64,000 bases of DNA, taken from the NCBI RefSeq assembly GCF_964355755.1, contig NC_092676.1, forward strand, positions 27,608,871-27,672,870, given 5' to 3'. Position 1 is the first letter of the stretch. Each line of letters opens with the position of its first letter. Under the pieces are notes generated by a model. It worked only from the letters and a program-made list of their open reading frames with translations. It searched no databases and had not been told where the DNA came from. Of the stretch, positions 29,201-40,376 are shown one piece after another. The position numbers and the translations under genes are program-made. The stretch comes from Antedon mediterranea (Eukaryota > Animalia > Echinodermata).

Positions 29201-29986
29201 CTCTTACAGCAAGTGGAACACAGATGTTGGACGAGATAGAATCATCCTCCAGGGATGTGAAAATCTGTCCGAAACTCCACCAGCTGATGTAAAACAATTT
29301 ATTTAATTTTGATAATAATTTCAACATTATCACTTCGCAAAGAAAAAAATAAAAATAAAATTATTTTCTTATAAATTTTCTCCCTCTTGCACATCTGTAT
29401 TTTCAGGATCAGTGGTCTGTGCTGATGATATCAAGCCACCGAGCAATGAAACTTAGGATCACGGAAGATGATCAGGATTTCTCAGAAGATTTTGCAGAAG
29501 GAACGCAGGTTAGTGGTTGGTCAATGCACCAAGAGAAAGTAGGAACACTATCAGAATGTGATGTGCCCATATATGGATATGATGATGTCATATCACTACC
29601 CTATTTGGGCATATCACTACCATATTTAGTATACATATACAACATCACACTTTTTTGACACATAAAGTTTAATAGTGTAGACAAGGCTTTATATTGTAAT
29701 AATAGCCTTTTTACATAGCCTAGCAAAACTCAGCAGTTTGCACACATCGGATCGGATGTGAAAACTCTGGAATGTGCAAAGGGGGAAATCAAAGACAGTT
29801 CTATTAGTAAGAAACTTGAATAAATAAATATTACATTATTTTTTTCAGTTTCATGCGGACTTGTACCACATGGTATGTGATTTATCAACTGATGCTGGTC
29901 GAGAGAGGATGAGGCAATCTGATTTTATGTTCGTCAATGCTGTCAGTCAGTGGTTGGAAGCCACCAGACTTCTGACGTATGCCTAG
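3969..29986 (+). CDS. DNAI7: Dynein axonemal intermediate chain 7 (CASC1/CFAP94 family), 5'-partial, 14 coding exons in window
   Basis: Exons 3969-4109, 6997-7143, 20171-20274, 20983-21217, 21533-21671, 23801-23989, 24616-24775, 25746-25852, 27250-27416, 27724-27822, 28013-28084, 29139-29288, 29407-29508, 29849-29986. All GT-AG and phase-consistent (1950 nt, 649 aa plus stop). Motifs recalled for CASC1: WDRYMLCNGTPDPTVPGEINAYINLWKE, MWGNLTKNPR, LPPQPK, NMPFQSWEL, GINLFP, YSKWN, C-terminal LEATRLLTYA. No start exon found in 1-3968. Confidence 0.88.
4512..4675. repeat. About 30-bp G-rich minisatellite, about 5 copies
   Basis: aaaatagtatgtatgggggaggagggggc repeated; explains ORF 4485-4712. Confidence 0.9.
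7865..8010 (-). mobile_element. tRNA-derived SINE head with tandemly amplified B-box segment
   Basis: Minus strand gtagcttggtggttaacatgcttgtctttcaatcctaaggtccagggttcaatcctgccc (A and B boxes), then about 4-5 copies of a roughly 24-bp gggttcaatcctgccctggtcc unit. Confidence 0.6.
9123..9843. repeat. 148-bp tandem repeat, about 4.9 near-identical copies
   Basis: Unit starts (cttcaac) at 9123, 9271, 9419, 9567, 9715. Confidence 0.95.
10527..10653. repeat. 40-bp tandem repeat x3 inside a degraded pogo/Tigger-like MITE
   Basis: gggacagtcacacccctattgatagaacacccctattaag at 10527, 10567, 10607. Confidence 0.85.
11187..11221. repeat. (TA)n microsatellite
   Basis: About 17 TA units. Confidence 0.95.
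12465..13270. mobile_element. Non-autonomous Tc1/mariner (pogo/Tigger-like) DNA transposon, 806 bp
   Basis: TIRs CC(A/G)TATATTTCGGTGTATAAGTCGCAC at both ends, TA target duplication, subterminal tgtataagacgcacc repeats, no transposase ORF. Confidence 0.85.
13823..14394. mobile_element. Non-autonomous piggyBac-like element, 572 bp
   Basis: TTAA|CACTTTCACCGCCA ... TGGCGGTGAAAGTG|TTAA. Confidence 0.8.
14468..14735. repeat. 18-20-bp minisatellite (ccctatccagggacat) inside a MITE remnant
   Basis: About 13 degenerate copies; the left flank gaaatgaatgagaggcaatgttttaa recurs near 32105. Explains ORFs 14446 and 14604. Confidence 0.85.
15520..15608. repeat. 21-bp minisatellite x4
   Basis: ggctacacgtgggacttcgt variants. 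Confidence 0.8.
16833..17031. mobile_element. PIF/Harbinger-type MITE family A, representative copy (about 19 copies in window)
   Basis: TIR AGCTCTGTCTACACTATCAAACT; TAA/TTA duplications at several copies; variable 21-bp internal repeat. Other copies near 14930-15040, 15981-16141, 18077-18229, 18447-18712, 19041-19175, 19832-19992, 21333-21496, 25034-25195, 28400-28517, 29553-29688, 32633-32730, 33176-33262, 42230-42368, 43160-43300, 44007-44169, 45066-45165, 58640-58826, 59198-59352. Confidence 0.88.
17440..17925. mobile_element. Interspersed repeat, possibly Helentron/DINE-like; related inverted copy at about 55245-55490
   Basis: 17442-17520 is the reverse complement of about 55260-55335. 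Ends ggcggaggtatgcactctcggagtggctttctagtt and tacctccttggcggaggta. Classification is inference. Confidence 0.5.
19325..19564 (-). mobile_element. tRNA-derived SINE with Deu/Nin-like central domain, diverged copy
   Basis: Minus strand tggccgagcggttaaggc..gggttcgaggcc head plus cttctcggataaggactataaaccgtaggtcc..aaagaaccc..tcgaaaaagagtagggg core. Confidence 0.8.
24147..24533. repeat. 62-bp tandem repeat, about 6 copies
   Basis: ttttgttatgcttaccctctccccccttacggtgccctgccacatattcctctaagttatct; the first copy has an expanded C run. Confidence 0.95.
25885..26023. mobile_element. Degenerate Harbinger-type MITE
   Basis: Imperfect inverted ends attttccattagccgaatttgtttg / caaacaaattcagccagtggaaaat. 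Confidence 0.55.
27148..27268 (+). repeat. 23-bp tandem repeat x5 spanning a DNAI7 splice acceptor
   Basis: tctttacag|AG boundaries at 27158, 27181, 27204, 27227, 27250. Confidence 0.92.
27387..27694 (+). repeat. 86/87-bp tandem repeat x3.5 spanning a DNAI7 splice donor
   Basis: ATCAAG|gtgag donors at 27417, 27503, 27590, 27677. Confidence 0.92.
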
Positions 29987-31783
29987 GATAGTGCTAGAGT
30001 AGGCACCAAGCCTAGGCCAGCACTGTCCCAAGCTGCATGCTCCTCTTAGCTTGTACTTTGCTGGGTACAGAGGCTTACTCTTTTACAGGAGTCTGCTACA
30101 GTATTAGTGCTTGAACATCGGCAACCTAGGACAGTTGAAGTTGAAGGAGTTACAGTCTAGGAAGGTGCGGCCTAGAACTGCTGAAAATTTATCACATTCC
30201 ATTTTTGATACTTTTTATTTATTTTTTGGCAGATTTCCATTCAAAGAATAATTTATTGATTATAAAATGTTCCGTCCATAAAATGCCAAATTAATCATCA
30301 CCTTGAATATATTTATGTAGAAGATTGTAATTTATAGTTTTCATGTTTGAGAGAATTTATATGCGGTGTCTAATAAAAGGTTTGAAGAAAAAAAACGCAT
30401 GTTTAGCCTTTTTACTTCAAAAACATCAGAATTTATTAGTTATCCGCAATATGCGGATAACTCTTTGTTATTGTATTGGATCATCTTTTCTTTAGTCGCG
30501 TGCAACTCAACTCTACCAGCCATGTATGGTCTTGTTCTGCATTATTCTTCTTTCCTTCTTCCTTTTTTGTGCGTCGCGTACCATGTAAACAGAACATTTC
30601 GTAACTTTGTCAACGTATAGACATTAATGTGAAGTTGTGCACCTCCTATTTTTCAATGTCGTCAGAATTGGGCAACGTGACCTGGCACGATTGATCATAG
30701 AATAAAAACTATTAAATGAATTTAAGTCAAGTGCTGCTATACAATCTCCTGTCTACATATTTTGCCGTCAGACCCTTCAAAATTCTTTCGGTGAAAACCT
30801 TTTGATTGAAAATACAGCGTCGTCTTGTTACGCTTTTTGTCAAGTGAATTATAGAGATCCTTTCAACACCAACACGTCACCTTTTTGAAAGGAGAAATTA
30901 GTTCAACTAAAAAATAAACAAACACTAAGTTCATCTATGTAATTTCTTTATTATCACTAAGCAAGCAAGCATGATATTGACATTTTGTAGTTGAAAAATA
31001 ATTGAAATGAATTCATCTCCGTGACACCATGAGGTGACCGACATTTTCAGCGTTGTATAAATATTCCGCTGGACAACAACATGTCTGACCATCAGTCCTG
31101 GTTCAGAAATATTGAACTTTAACCTTTGGCCCAATTCACATTTAAACTCACGGTCAATCAAAACATTCGGTTTCATAAATGTTGTTTACATTTTTGCATT
31201 CTTCATTCAGTTGTACATTCAGCGGTTGGCATAGTTCCAGGACCTATCAGAACACAATCCTGTATAAGATTTGTGAGCATATAGCTGCCACACTTCCCTT
31301 TTATAAAATATTAATAATTGTATATTTCATGGTTATCTCGCTTCTTGCCTACCACTAAAATTATATTAAATATTTTTAGAAAAATAAGCTAATGTGAATG
31401 ATTTAAGATAAGCAAATACGGTGCAATAAAATAATATCTAATATAAAATATGGATTTTTTTAATTATTAAGATTTCTTATTGATTACATATTTTTTTAAT
31501 TTGATTGTACCGATGTTAGTCTGGCAAGATGATGGTTGTATACAGTATTTCATCTTAATAATATAAAGTACTATAGCACACGTAACCTGAAAAAATGTAC
31601 TAAACGCGAGTACTAACAAACAACGTAAAATTTACCTACAATACTGAAATAAATCTACAATTTTTATTATTTGCATACTTTCGGAATCAAGGCTTCCTAG
31701 CAAATTGTTTTTTAAAGGCCAGCGATTTCTTTGGTAAAGTTTTTCTGGAAGGCTAGCCTTGCTCGGAGTCCTTTCTTCTGTGT

Positions 31784-31857
31784 TTAGTACGTCTGCAGAG
31801 TGCCTGCACCGACACCATGTCCAATACCCTGGGGTCCGTAACCCTTGGCGTAGCAGG
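31784..31857 (-). CDS. CSRP alternative last coding exon B ([24 protein letters not shown])
   Basis: tttctag acceptor, phase-1 compatible, 74 nt to TAA. Candidate AATAAA on the minus strand near 31665. Confidence 0.82.
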
Positions 31858-34242
31858 CTAGAAACAAATTGATAAAAAAGTCTGGTAACCTATTCATTAA
31901 TATAAACACAACTGTTTTTTCCCTAGCAGTGGTATAATGGCTATGAGCGCACACTGGCTAAACTCAGGGGCCCCAGAACATGAGCAGCCTAACTACTCAG
32001 CGTTGGAGGGCCCCTTAGTAGGAGTGCTAAACCTTTGCCCATGCATTACTGTTTCCTAGTCTCAACATGCATTTTGTTTTATTTCTGCTAATGCTGTACA
32101 GTGGAAAATGAATGAGAGGCAATGTTTTAACACTACACCTACTCAGGGACACATTCTACCCTACTACACTCTCATCCCTCCAATCTTTACCAAAACTTTC
32201 AATTATGAATAAATTAATTTTAACAATTTGTTAGCAATGATTAATTCACTACCATGCATTTTTTAACTCATTTGGAGAGTCCCAGCTCCAACGCCATAGC
32301 CGATTCCTTTCGCCCCGTAATTCCGACCGTAACACGCTGAAAAATAAATGTTCAATTGGCAAACGATTATTTGGTGAGACATGCTATGATTCATTAGTTT
32401 TATTTCCGAGGATGATGAACTTGTTGCATATTCCATCGCAATTCAGAGGAACTTCATCTGTGTCTATGAGGGGCAGGAGTTTTAGTGGTGATGAATCACA
32501 TGGTTACTACACTACATTTTACGTCTTGCAAGACACAGCACACACAGCAAATTATGGTACTGATAATATGGTGTGGGAATTAGTACAATTCTCTAGGTGA
32601 ATATTATATAAGTTACAAGTAATTAAATGTTAAGCTCTGTCTACACTATCAAACTAGTGTGATGTGTCCATATAATTATGAGCACATTAAATTTTTGTGT
32701 CACATAAAGTTTGATAGTGTAGACAGAGCTTTAGAACTAATTTGGCAAAAATGAATTAATTTAGCATTTTTTGGGTTAATCAATATTTTTTTAATAAAAC
32801 ATTCATTACATTTGCAGAATATTTCACCCTCTCTGTCGCAGCAGTTTGTTGAGTCAAGACTCTTCTTACAGTTTGCACATTTGAAACATTTTTTGTGCCA
32901 AGTCTAAAAGAAGAAAATAAAACAAATTAAATTTCATTCAAATAAATCCTGTATAATATTTTAACATAACTTTGATTGCTTTCTGTTAAATTATCGTTGA
33001 CTTACGCCACCAGCTCCAAGAATTTCCTCAGCTGGGTAGACAGCTCCTCCGCAGCGGGGACAAGCTTTCTGACCTGGTCCTGCAGGGGTCACAGCCATGT
33101 CAGATCCTACGTATGCAGCAGCAATACCGGCACCGCTCCTAAACACACAATGAGAACAACAAAGATATTTTCACTGTGAATATGGTAGTGATGACATCAT
33201 CATGTCCATATATGGGCACATCACATTTGTTTGTCACATAAAGTTTGATAGTGTAGACAGATTTGATTACAGCTAATTTCATTTCTTGAACATTTCATTT
33301 GCTTGAGTACAGTACATACGTTTTAGATGTATCCTTTTCCAAGCCAAACTTTTCTCCAGAGTCCATGCTTAATGTACCAGCTCCACCACCAAAACCGTAC
33401 CCCTTAGGCCCAAACTTTTTACCATGACAGTTCTTACAATACAATTGTTTTTCATGCTCACATACATTGGTTGAATCCAACCTTTTATTGCAAAGATCTG
33501 AGAAGTAAAAAAATATAAATCAGTTTTGTTTTACTTCAGGAAGAAAATAGACATCTAGTCCACTGCGCTTTGATATCTGTATAAAGGAAAATATAAATAC
33601 ATGCTATTTTTTTTAATTTTTTTATTTATTTATTCGATTTCTCACTTACTCGGTTAGTGAAGGATCTGGACCAACAGGTGGTAAACACCTCTGAAACGGT
33701 CCAGTCCCAATTTGCACAGTGGCTGTGTGTGACAGTGGCTGTGTTTGTGTGGACTAGTACACCGGGGTAACCCCCTACTCGTCTCGAAAGATGAGCTATG
33801 TGTACACTGGACCTACGGTTTATAGTCCTTATCCGAGAAGACTCGTTCTACCACCAGAACCATGGAGTGAGTGAGCCTCGAACCCCTGCCGATGTTAATT
33901 ACGGTTCCACTGTCTTAACCGCTCGGCCACTCACTCGCTGTAAAGCACTTAGAAACATTTGCATAAGGCACTGTATATGTCGACTATTATTATTAATTTT
34001 TTGCCAAGAATAACCGTAAGTGAATTCATTCACTATCCTTCTTAAAGGTGGCAATCCTTATTACAAGTCTTTGGGAGTGGAGTTGTAATTACCAAGCGAC
34101 AACTTTTTGGGTGAGGTGGTTAAGTTTGGTGCTGTGTATACTTACTGCACTTAAAGCAGAATTTGTGGTAGCTGTGACCTGCGTTCTTCATCTCCTCAGC
34201 TGCGTACACAGACTTCCCACATGCTCCACACTTTGCGCTCAT
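31784..34242 (-). CDS. CSRP1: Cysteine- and glycine-rich protein (CRP/muscle LIM protein family), two LIM domains, 191 aa
   Basis: Minus-strand exons 34242-34146, 33497-33320, 33138-33006, 32903-32810, then 32336-32263 or 31857-31784. Translation [89 protein letters not shown]. The family call is secure; the vertebrate paralogue number (CSRP1/2/3) cannot be assigned. Confidence 0.9.
31927..32051. mobile_element. hAT-like MITE remnant between the two CSRP last exons
   Basis: CAGT...ACTG ends, 8-bp flanks ttccctag/tttcctag, internal ggggcccc motifs. Confidence 0.5.
32263..32336 (-). CDS. CSRP alternative last coding exon A ([24 protein letters not shown])
   Basis: ttttcag acceptor, phase-1 compatible, 74 nt to TAA. 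Candidate AATAAA on the minus strand near 32080. Confidence 0.8.
33610..33936 (-). mobile_element. tRNA-derived Deu/Nin-like SINE, (AATA)n/A-rich tail type
   Basis: Same head and core as 51817-52138; distinct 3' stem-loop tail. Confidence 0.82.
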
Positions 34243-37200
34243 CTTCACTTACTGGAAAATTCAATTTGGAGAAAGAAATTTTATATTTCAGACTTTATTC
34301 ATTTCAGTACATATATCATAGGCGGTTTTAGCCCGCCTAAATTTAGAAATTTACAATGCAAAATACAGAAATGAGGCAAAGTTCAGAACTTCATTTTACC
34401 ATTGTTATGCCATAGGACCCCTATTTCACAAAATCCTGGATTCATCACTGTATATATCCAAGCAAAGTCATCACTAATGTTTTAATCATTTCATTTTCTT
34501 CAATAGCCATATTGTTAATTGTATGTTACAACCAGTATGGTTGGTAAGATTTCAACCTGACCACTTTTTGTTCCCTTTTATTCCGAAAAACTGGACAACT
34601 TTATTTCTTGTGGCTGTAAATCACTGTGTTACATTGTCTTGTTTTCAAAACATAATTGTATATTAATGTATGTAACCGACCAAACATCCTAATCTGCATT
34701 GGAATGTTACTAAGATGATGATGAATTACCCAAGCACCTGCTGCTATCCTTGCAATGCTAGAAAAGTAAAATATGCGCATACATTGCAGTACTTTACCCG
34801 GCCATGATTTTGTGGGAACAATTATGACAATTTTATGTTTACACTAAAGATGTTGAGCGAATTTGAAATTTGTTTCTCATTTTATATTGCCTGGAAATAA
34901 CACTATTCAGTTGTCTATTGTAAGAAATGTAAATGTTCAGCCAGCCCAGAGGAGATAGGCACCGCTGGGAGATATGGCGTATGCCCGAGTGTTGTATCAT
35001 TATGAGTACTACTGTATCTCGTCTGCTACGCCCCTACGACCACCTAAGTCATGGGACAATGAAACGAAAATCTGTGAAGTGAAGGAGTGAATGTGGATGG
35101 GTGGTTCGCTAGGTATAATGTACAACCTCCAAGTTTAATGTATCCATTTTTGTTTCATCTTCTTCGTACAGATGGATTAACGTTAAAAGGTCTAGAATCC
35201 CACTAGTTCCTCTTTGGGATGCAGCCAACATCTTTTGGAAGCTCTCCAGATTGTTGTAACATCTGTATATCAGCACACTGTGCTCAACAACTTAATTATA
35301 TTGACATTGGTGATAGATACCTGTAACATTATCTTTCTCACTAGAAGGTCACGGGTTGAATAACTAGAGGTCAATGAGCCAATACACAAAGCCCTAGCTT
35401 AGGCCAGGGAGGTATGCTTAAACTATAAATAATAGATTTAATTTTGTGTCTAAGCGGTGTCATTTTGGAAGTTACATTATGTAAAAAGGGAAGGTACTCA
35501 TAAGGTACAGAGTAATTTGAAAATATAATTTGTTGACAATATAAAGACAAAATATTTTAATTACTTTATTGTAAATGTTAAACATGATGAAATGCTTCAG
35601 TAAGTATGGGATTACTGCAGTAATTAATAAAGGTGAAGCATGGAGGCATAACATTATTACATAATACCTTCATGAGTGAAGGATACATCATATTATCATG
35701 GAGTAAAGTTTACTCCATGAATATTATATAGACTGAGTAACAAAAGTTTACTACATTAAAGTGTTTAAACATCATCTCCTTCATTTGACTCGTCAACTAT
35801 CACTTTTACAAACACCTTATTAGCTGGGGTACAAGAATCCTAAACTGGGTAATAATCATAATATGACTAATATAAAATGTATGTGTGTAGGCCTAGCATT
35901 CCTTCTCCTAAACAGGAGTAGCTGATGACGACTCAAGTGACAGCCTTCGGCCAGACCTGCCAGCTGCCTAGAATAATCGCACAAACCCCTCCTACTAATA
36001 AATATCATAACACGAGTCTATTAATCAGATAAAAATAAATATCTGAAGTATGTGGCCATCAACAGTATAGTAACCAGATATATAGAAACATCTAATGAAT
36101 AAAGAAATGTATACTGTTCTGTATCATAGGCTTCAATGATGGGCAATATTTACAGTGAACAGTTTTGCCAAAAATATATTTTACAGTTTCTTGTCTTTAA
36201 ATACAAACAATTAAGTGTGTATTAATTAGTGCTTGTTTTTCATAACTTATTATATCTATTTATTTATTCTGTCTTTATACTGAATGACACGCTCAGTGCT
36301 AAAGCATTGATTTCCAAAGTGGTTCAATAGAGAACATTACAATATAATAAAAATATTTCAAAGACAACGAACAAAGTAATTTACATAGTGCACACACATT
36401 TACAAAAAGGTAACTATCTACAAAACATACAGGATATAGTATATATAAAATAAAATAATACTTAATCAGTAGTATTTTGAATTGAATTTTTAAAAGTTGA
36501 AAGTGTCATAGATTTATAGTTTCATTTAAAAGTTTGTTCCATTTGGTAATTGTAAATATATGAATTTATACTTAGTATCTATACAAACTTAATTTGATAT
36601 TATTTATTATTTTGTTGATCTTATTCTCTTCTTTTATTAATATTTGAAGATAATTTATTATGGCACATATCACAAGCACTACTTTTTTTAAAAAGGCTAC
36701 CGGTATATCATTTTACTTTTTAGTAAATAGCTGTACTGTAGTACGACCTTAATTGTATGTCACTAATATATCTCCTTTATACAGGGTTAATATTTAGTAC
36801 ATTTCCGGTATAAAAAACAATGTACAATACTTAAATTTATTGTACATACAAAAGAAAGAAATACCAAACTACAAAATTGAATTGTGAATTTTAAAACGGA
36901 AGGCTTTTTACATTCCAATGACAATAAAGTATTGAAAGAGAGTTTAAAATACTCTTATAGAATACTGTACAATACAACAATTTTGACAATTTTAAATACA
37001 GTATAAATATCAAATTATAATCACACACAACCCCAGGACAAATTGCCCCTTCAGAGGTCATAAATTGATACCCTTTGACCTATTACTTGAACCAAAATCC
37101 TGTTTTCTCAGAAATTCCAAACATCTAAATTTTAATATTTATTAATTCAATCAAGCTGTTAAATAATTGTATAATTATCATCAACAAAATTTTACTAGAA

Positions 37201-37444
37201 TATAATAATATTTGATAGGCATATATTTTTTACATTATCAATAATTTATAGCAAACACATTTTTTATTTCTCAGTCTATTACAACAATATCATGTTAATA
37301 TAATACATACTACCATTTACTAAAGAAAATAAAGCCACATACCAGAAATTTCTAGCTAAATTGTTTTATCTAGTAGGGTCAAATATGAATATGAAGACAT
37401 ACTCTCAAATATCATAGCTTAACCCTAAACACAGGCAGGGTCCT

Positions 37445-37458
37445 GTCGCTATAGCAAC
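37445..37458. promoter_or_regulatory. RFX X-box motif GTCGCTATAGCAAC
   Basis: Matches the RFX consensus GTYRCYATRGYAAC. It lies in a locally GC-richer island with outward-facing candidate splice donors on both strands. Confidence 0.45.
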
Positions 37459-38870
37459 TGGGATTTCATTTTGTCTGGCGGAAACAGAAATTATGTATGG
37501 GAACCGAGAGCAAGAACGATGGCTACAGGTACCAGTTTATTTTAGAATTATTTTGAATTTTTAATATGGTTTAGTAACATTTTGAATTTAGTAGTATAGT
37601 ACTGTAGTTAATATAGATAATGTTTGATTGCAGATGTCATATAATATTTATTTGAAGCATACAGCAGAACCCCTATTAAGGGGCACATTCTGGACCCTCA
37701 TTCTCTTGCCGGGAAAGTGTTCCCTTAATAGGGGTGTCCCAATGAGGGGCATGTTCACTAGAATACAGTTTTAAAATTAAGCACTGTTCTTCACGTCAAG
37801 GTTAATAATATATAATATATACATAATACATATTATTTACATGTTCACAGTAATGTTTGCAATGATGAATTATTCATGTGAGAATACGGAATAACAAATG
37901 CACAAAGTATATTATTTTTGTAATGGTACAACATATGCTCTTATCATAATCTACTTTATATTGTATACAACTTTTACATTTCATGGTATGTTATATACGT
38001 GTATAAGTTGCACTGATGAAGGGATAGTGTTGCCTGAAAGCTCTGCTAACTTTCTGGCGGTTTTACTTTATCGTTTTGATTTAGATTTTCACTTTTTTTT
38101 GTATCTCCATTGAGATCCAGCCACTCATACCCATAGCATTGTCATTTTTGTAGTATTTTGTCTTTGGATTAAAAGTTATAAATAAATAAATCCATTGTGC
38201 TCACATCAAATCATCTGATAGTTACTATCATACCTTGTCAAATAGAAAGCAATTACTAATCATTTCCAATAATTTGTCGACAGTGCTGGGCAATTAAAAT
38301 AGTAGTTTATTAACTAATTACCTAACAGCCATGTTAAATTAAAATATTTATAATATTTGATCTTTGACAAAATCTGTCATTTCCAATTTCATAAACTTTC
38401 AATAACAAATTAATTCTGTTGAATCCATAATTTAATAAAAACAACCCCTCCCAATATTTCCCTAAAAAAATGTCTAGTACATTTTCTGTTCGGATTATTG
38501 TCGATAAGGATTAAGGGGAAACCCCTGATTTATATCCACTGGGCAAACCTCGTAGTAGCGACAACATTATGTGGAATAAGAAAGTTATTGCTCCGCAGAT
38601 ATTTCGATTTCATATGCTAAGTTTTGCTGCTTTTGCATTAGTTGTACTTTAAAGTATCGAATCATTTAGGGTCACAAACAGGGTGGAAATAGAGTTTCAA
38701 TTTCAGATCATGTACGTGTACTGATGCCCGTTTCCTGTCTTGTCTGGCTGGTTTGTTGGGCATGATACATCGCACTTTTGGGAAAACCCACAATAATATT
38801 GATAATAGTAAAGTCGTGCTCACTCACGAACACAACCAATAGTACATAGAATATATTATAAATACTGTAC

Positions 38871-39040
38871 CTTTTATTCCGGTTCCTTGACCAAAAAATA
38901 CACAGCTTCTTGAGTTAAGTCTCTACTTCTTGTGGTTAGGACAGCTCAGCAGTATTTAATGGTGACCTGTGTGTGTCAAAAACATGTAGTATACGCTCAG
39001 TTTTGCACTCGGTACATAAAAAGGACCATCCCATTTATGG
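38871..39040 (-). promoter_or_regulatory. Probable CSRP promoter and non-coding first exon with proximal CArG box
   Basis: Perfect CArG CCATTTATGG at 39031-39040, TATA-like ATTAAATA (minus) near 38953-38960, and donor AAAG|gtacag at 38871/38870. The CSRP ATG exon has an upstream acceptor near 34252, so a 5' UTR exon is required. CSRP genes are known SRF targets. Confidence 0.5.
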
Positions 39041-40376
39041 AATGCGAATTTAAACCGCAGCCATCCGCCCGTGTGCTTTCAGAATAGACACGCTTCGTTT
39101 CAGCGTGGCAAAATCCGATGACATTTAATTTATTTACATCGTAGTAAGAAACCATGGAGAAACTAAGAATACATGTTTTATTCAGTACGCGCTTATTATT
39201 TAAATATACACATAACCGTATGTTCTTAATTGCCTGTTTACATTTCTTATCAACTTATTATACAACTGTGCAATGTTTGTTTAAGAACTAATTATCACTA
39301 GTATTATTCACGCCCGTCTAATTGGTGAAATGGTGGGGAACATAATTAATAATAAAATTAATAAATACTATGGTGATGTGTATGATCATGGAACTAATGA
39401 TGTGAATTTTAAACTATATAAATAAACTACATTTAATTAGGCCCTACAGTGACTTACGGTACTTTAGATTCTTTTAGTGATTTAACACTAAGTTAGGGCC
39501 TATAAAAAATGTATGCCAACCTAAATCAAAGCAACATTGTTGTATGTGTGTGTTAAATGTATTTGTTTATACATGTGACTTGTCGTGTTAAGCTTATATC
39601 CACCTCTTTCTTGACATTTAAAAATATAAACATCTATAATATCTTTTTCTTTGGAATCTCATTCCGGTGTCGCATTAAATTAATCGTGTGTGTGATGAAT
39701 TGTTGAAAAGTGTCAAGCCCCCTCTATCGGCGCCAAAATTTAAAGCTCGAAACTTTTTCACATGTCAAATTGTGTACGTGGTGGTTATGACTGGTTAGGT
39801 AGTTTTACTTTTTGGTTCTTTTAAATTATTTGTTGATTTTTCGATATTACAGAGAGCTACAGGTATAGACTATGAATATTTCTAAAATAACCAAAGCTTA
39901 AAACTAGCCTAATGATAAATCGTATTCGACATGCGGTAGTTTTAGCTAGGCATAGCTAGGCCAGGCCTCATTTCATGCATAATCATGTTATGGTGAGCCA
40001 GGCATTGAATGACATTCTCTGCTGGTATATACTATTAGGCCCAGAGGCCTTGCTATTGTGAGTTGGTCCTAGTCTAGACCTAACTAACCTAAACCTACCT
40101 AGAAATGGCCGAAGAAACAGCATCATCATCAGCTAAAAATAAAAAAAAAATAATATAATAATTTTACAAATTATTATTTAAAATTAATATTAATAAAAAT
40201 ATTCATTATTAATAATTATTATGATTATTATTAGTACTAGTAGTAGTATGAATGAATTATTTTTGTTTCAGATGGCGTATCCCTACTTTCTTGAACTTTG
40301 TTTGGCAGATGCACTAAAATAGTCAAATAGTCAATCCATATTTTGAATTTAATACTACTCTACCGTATTATTCAAA

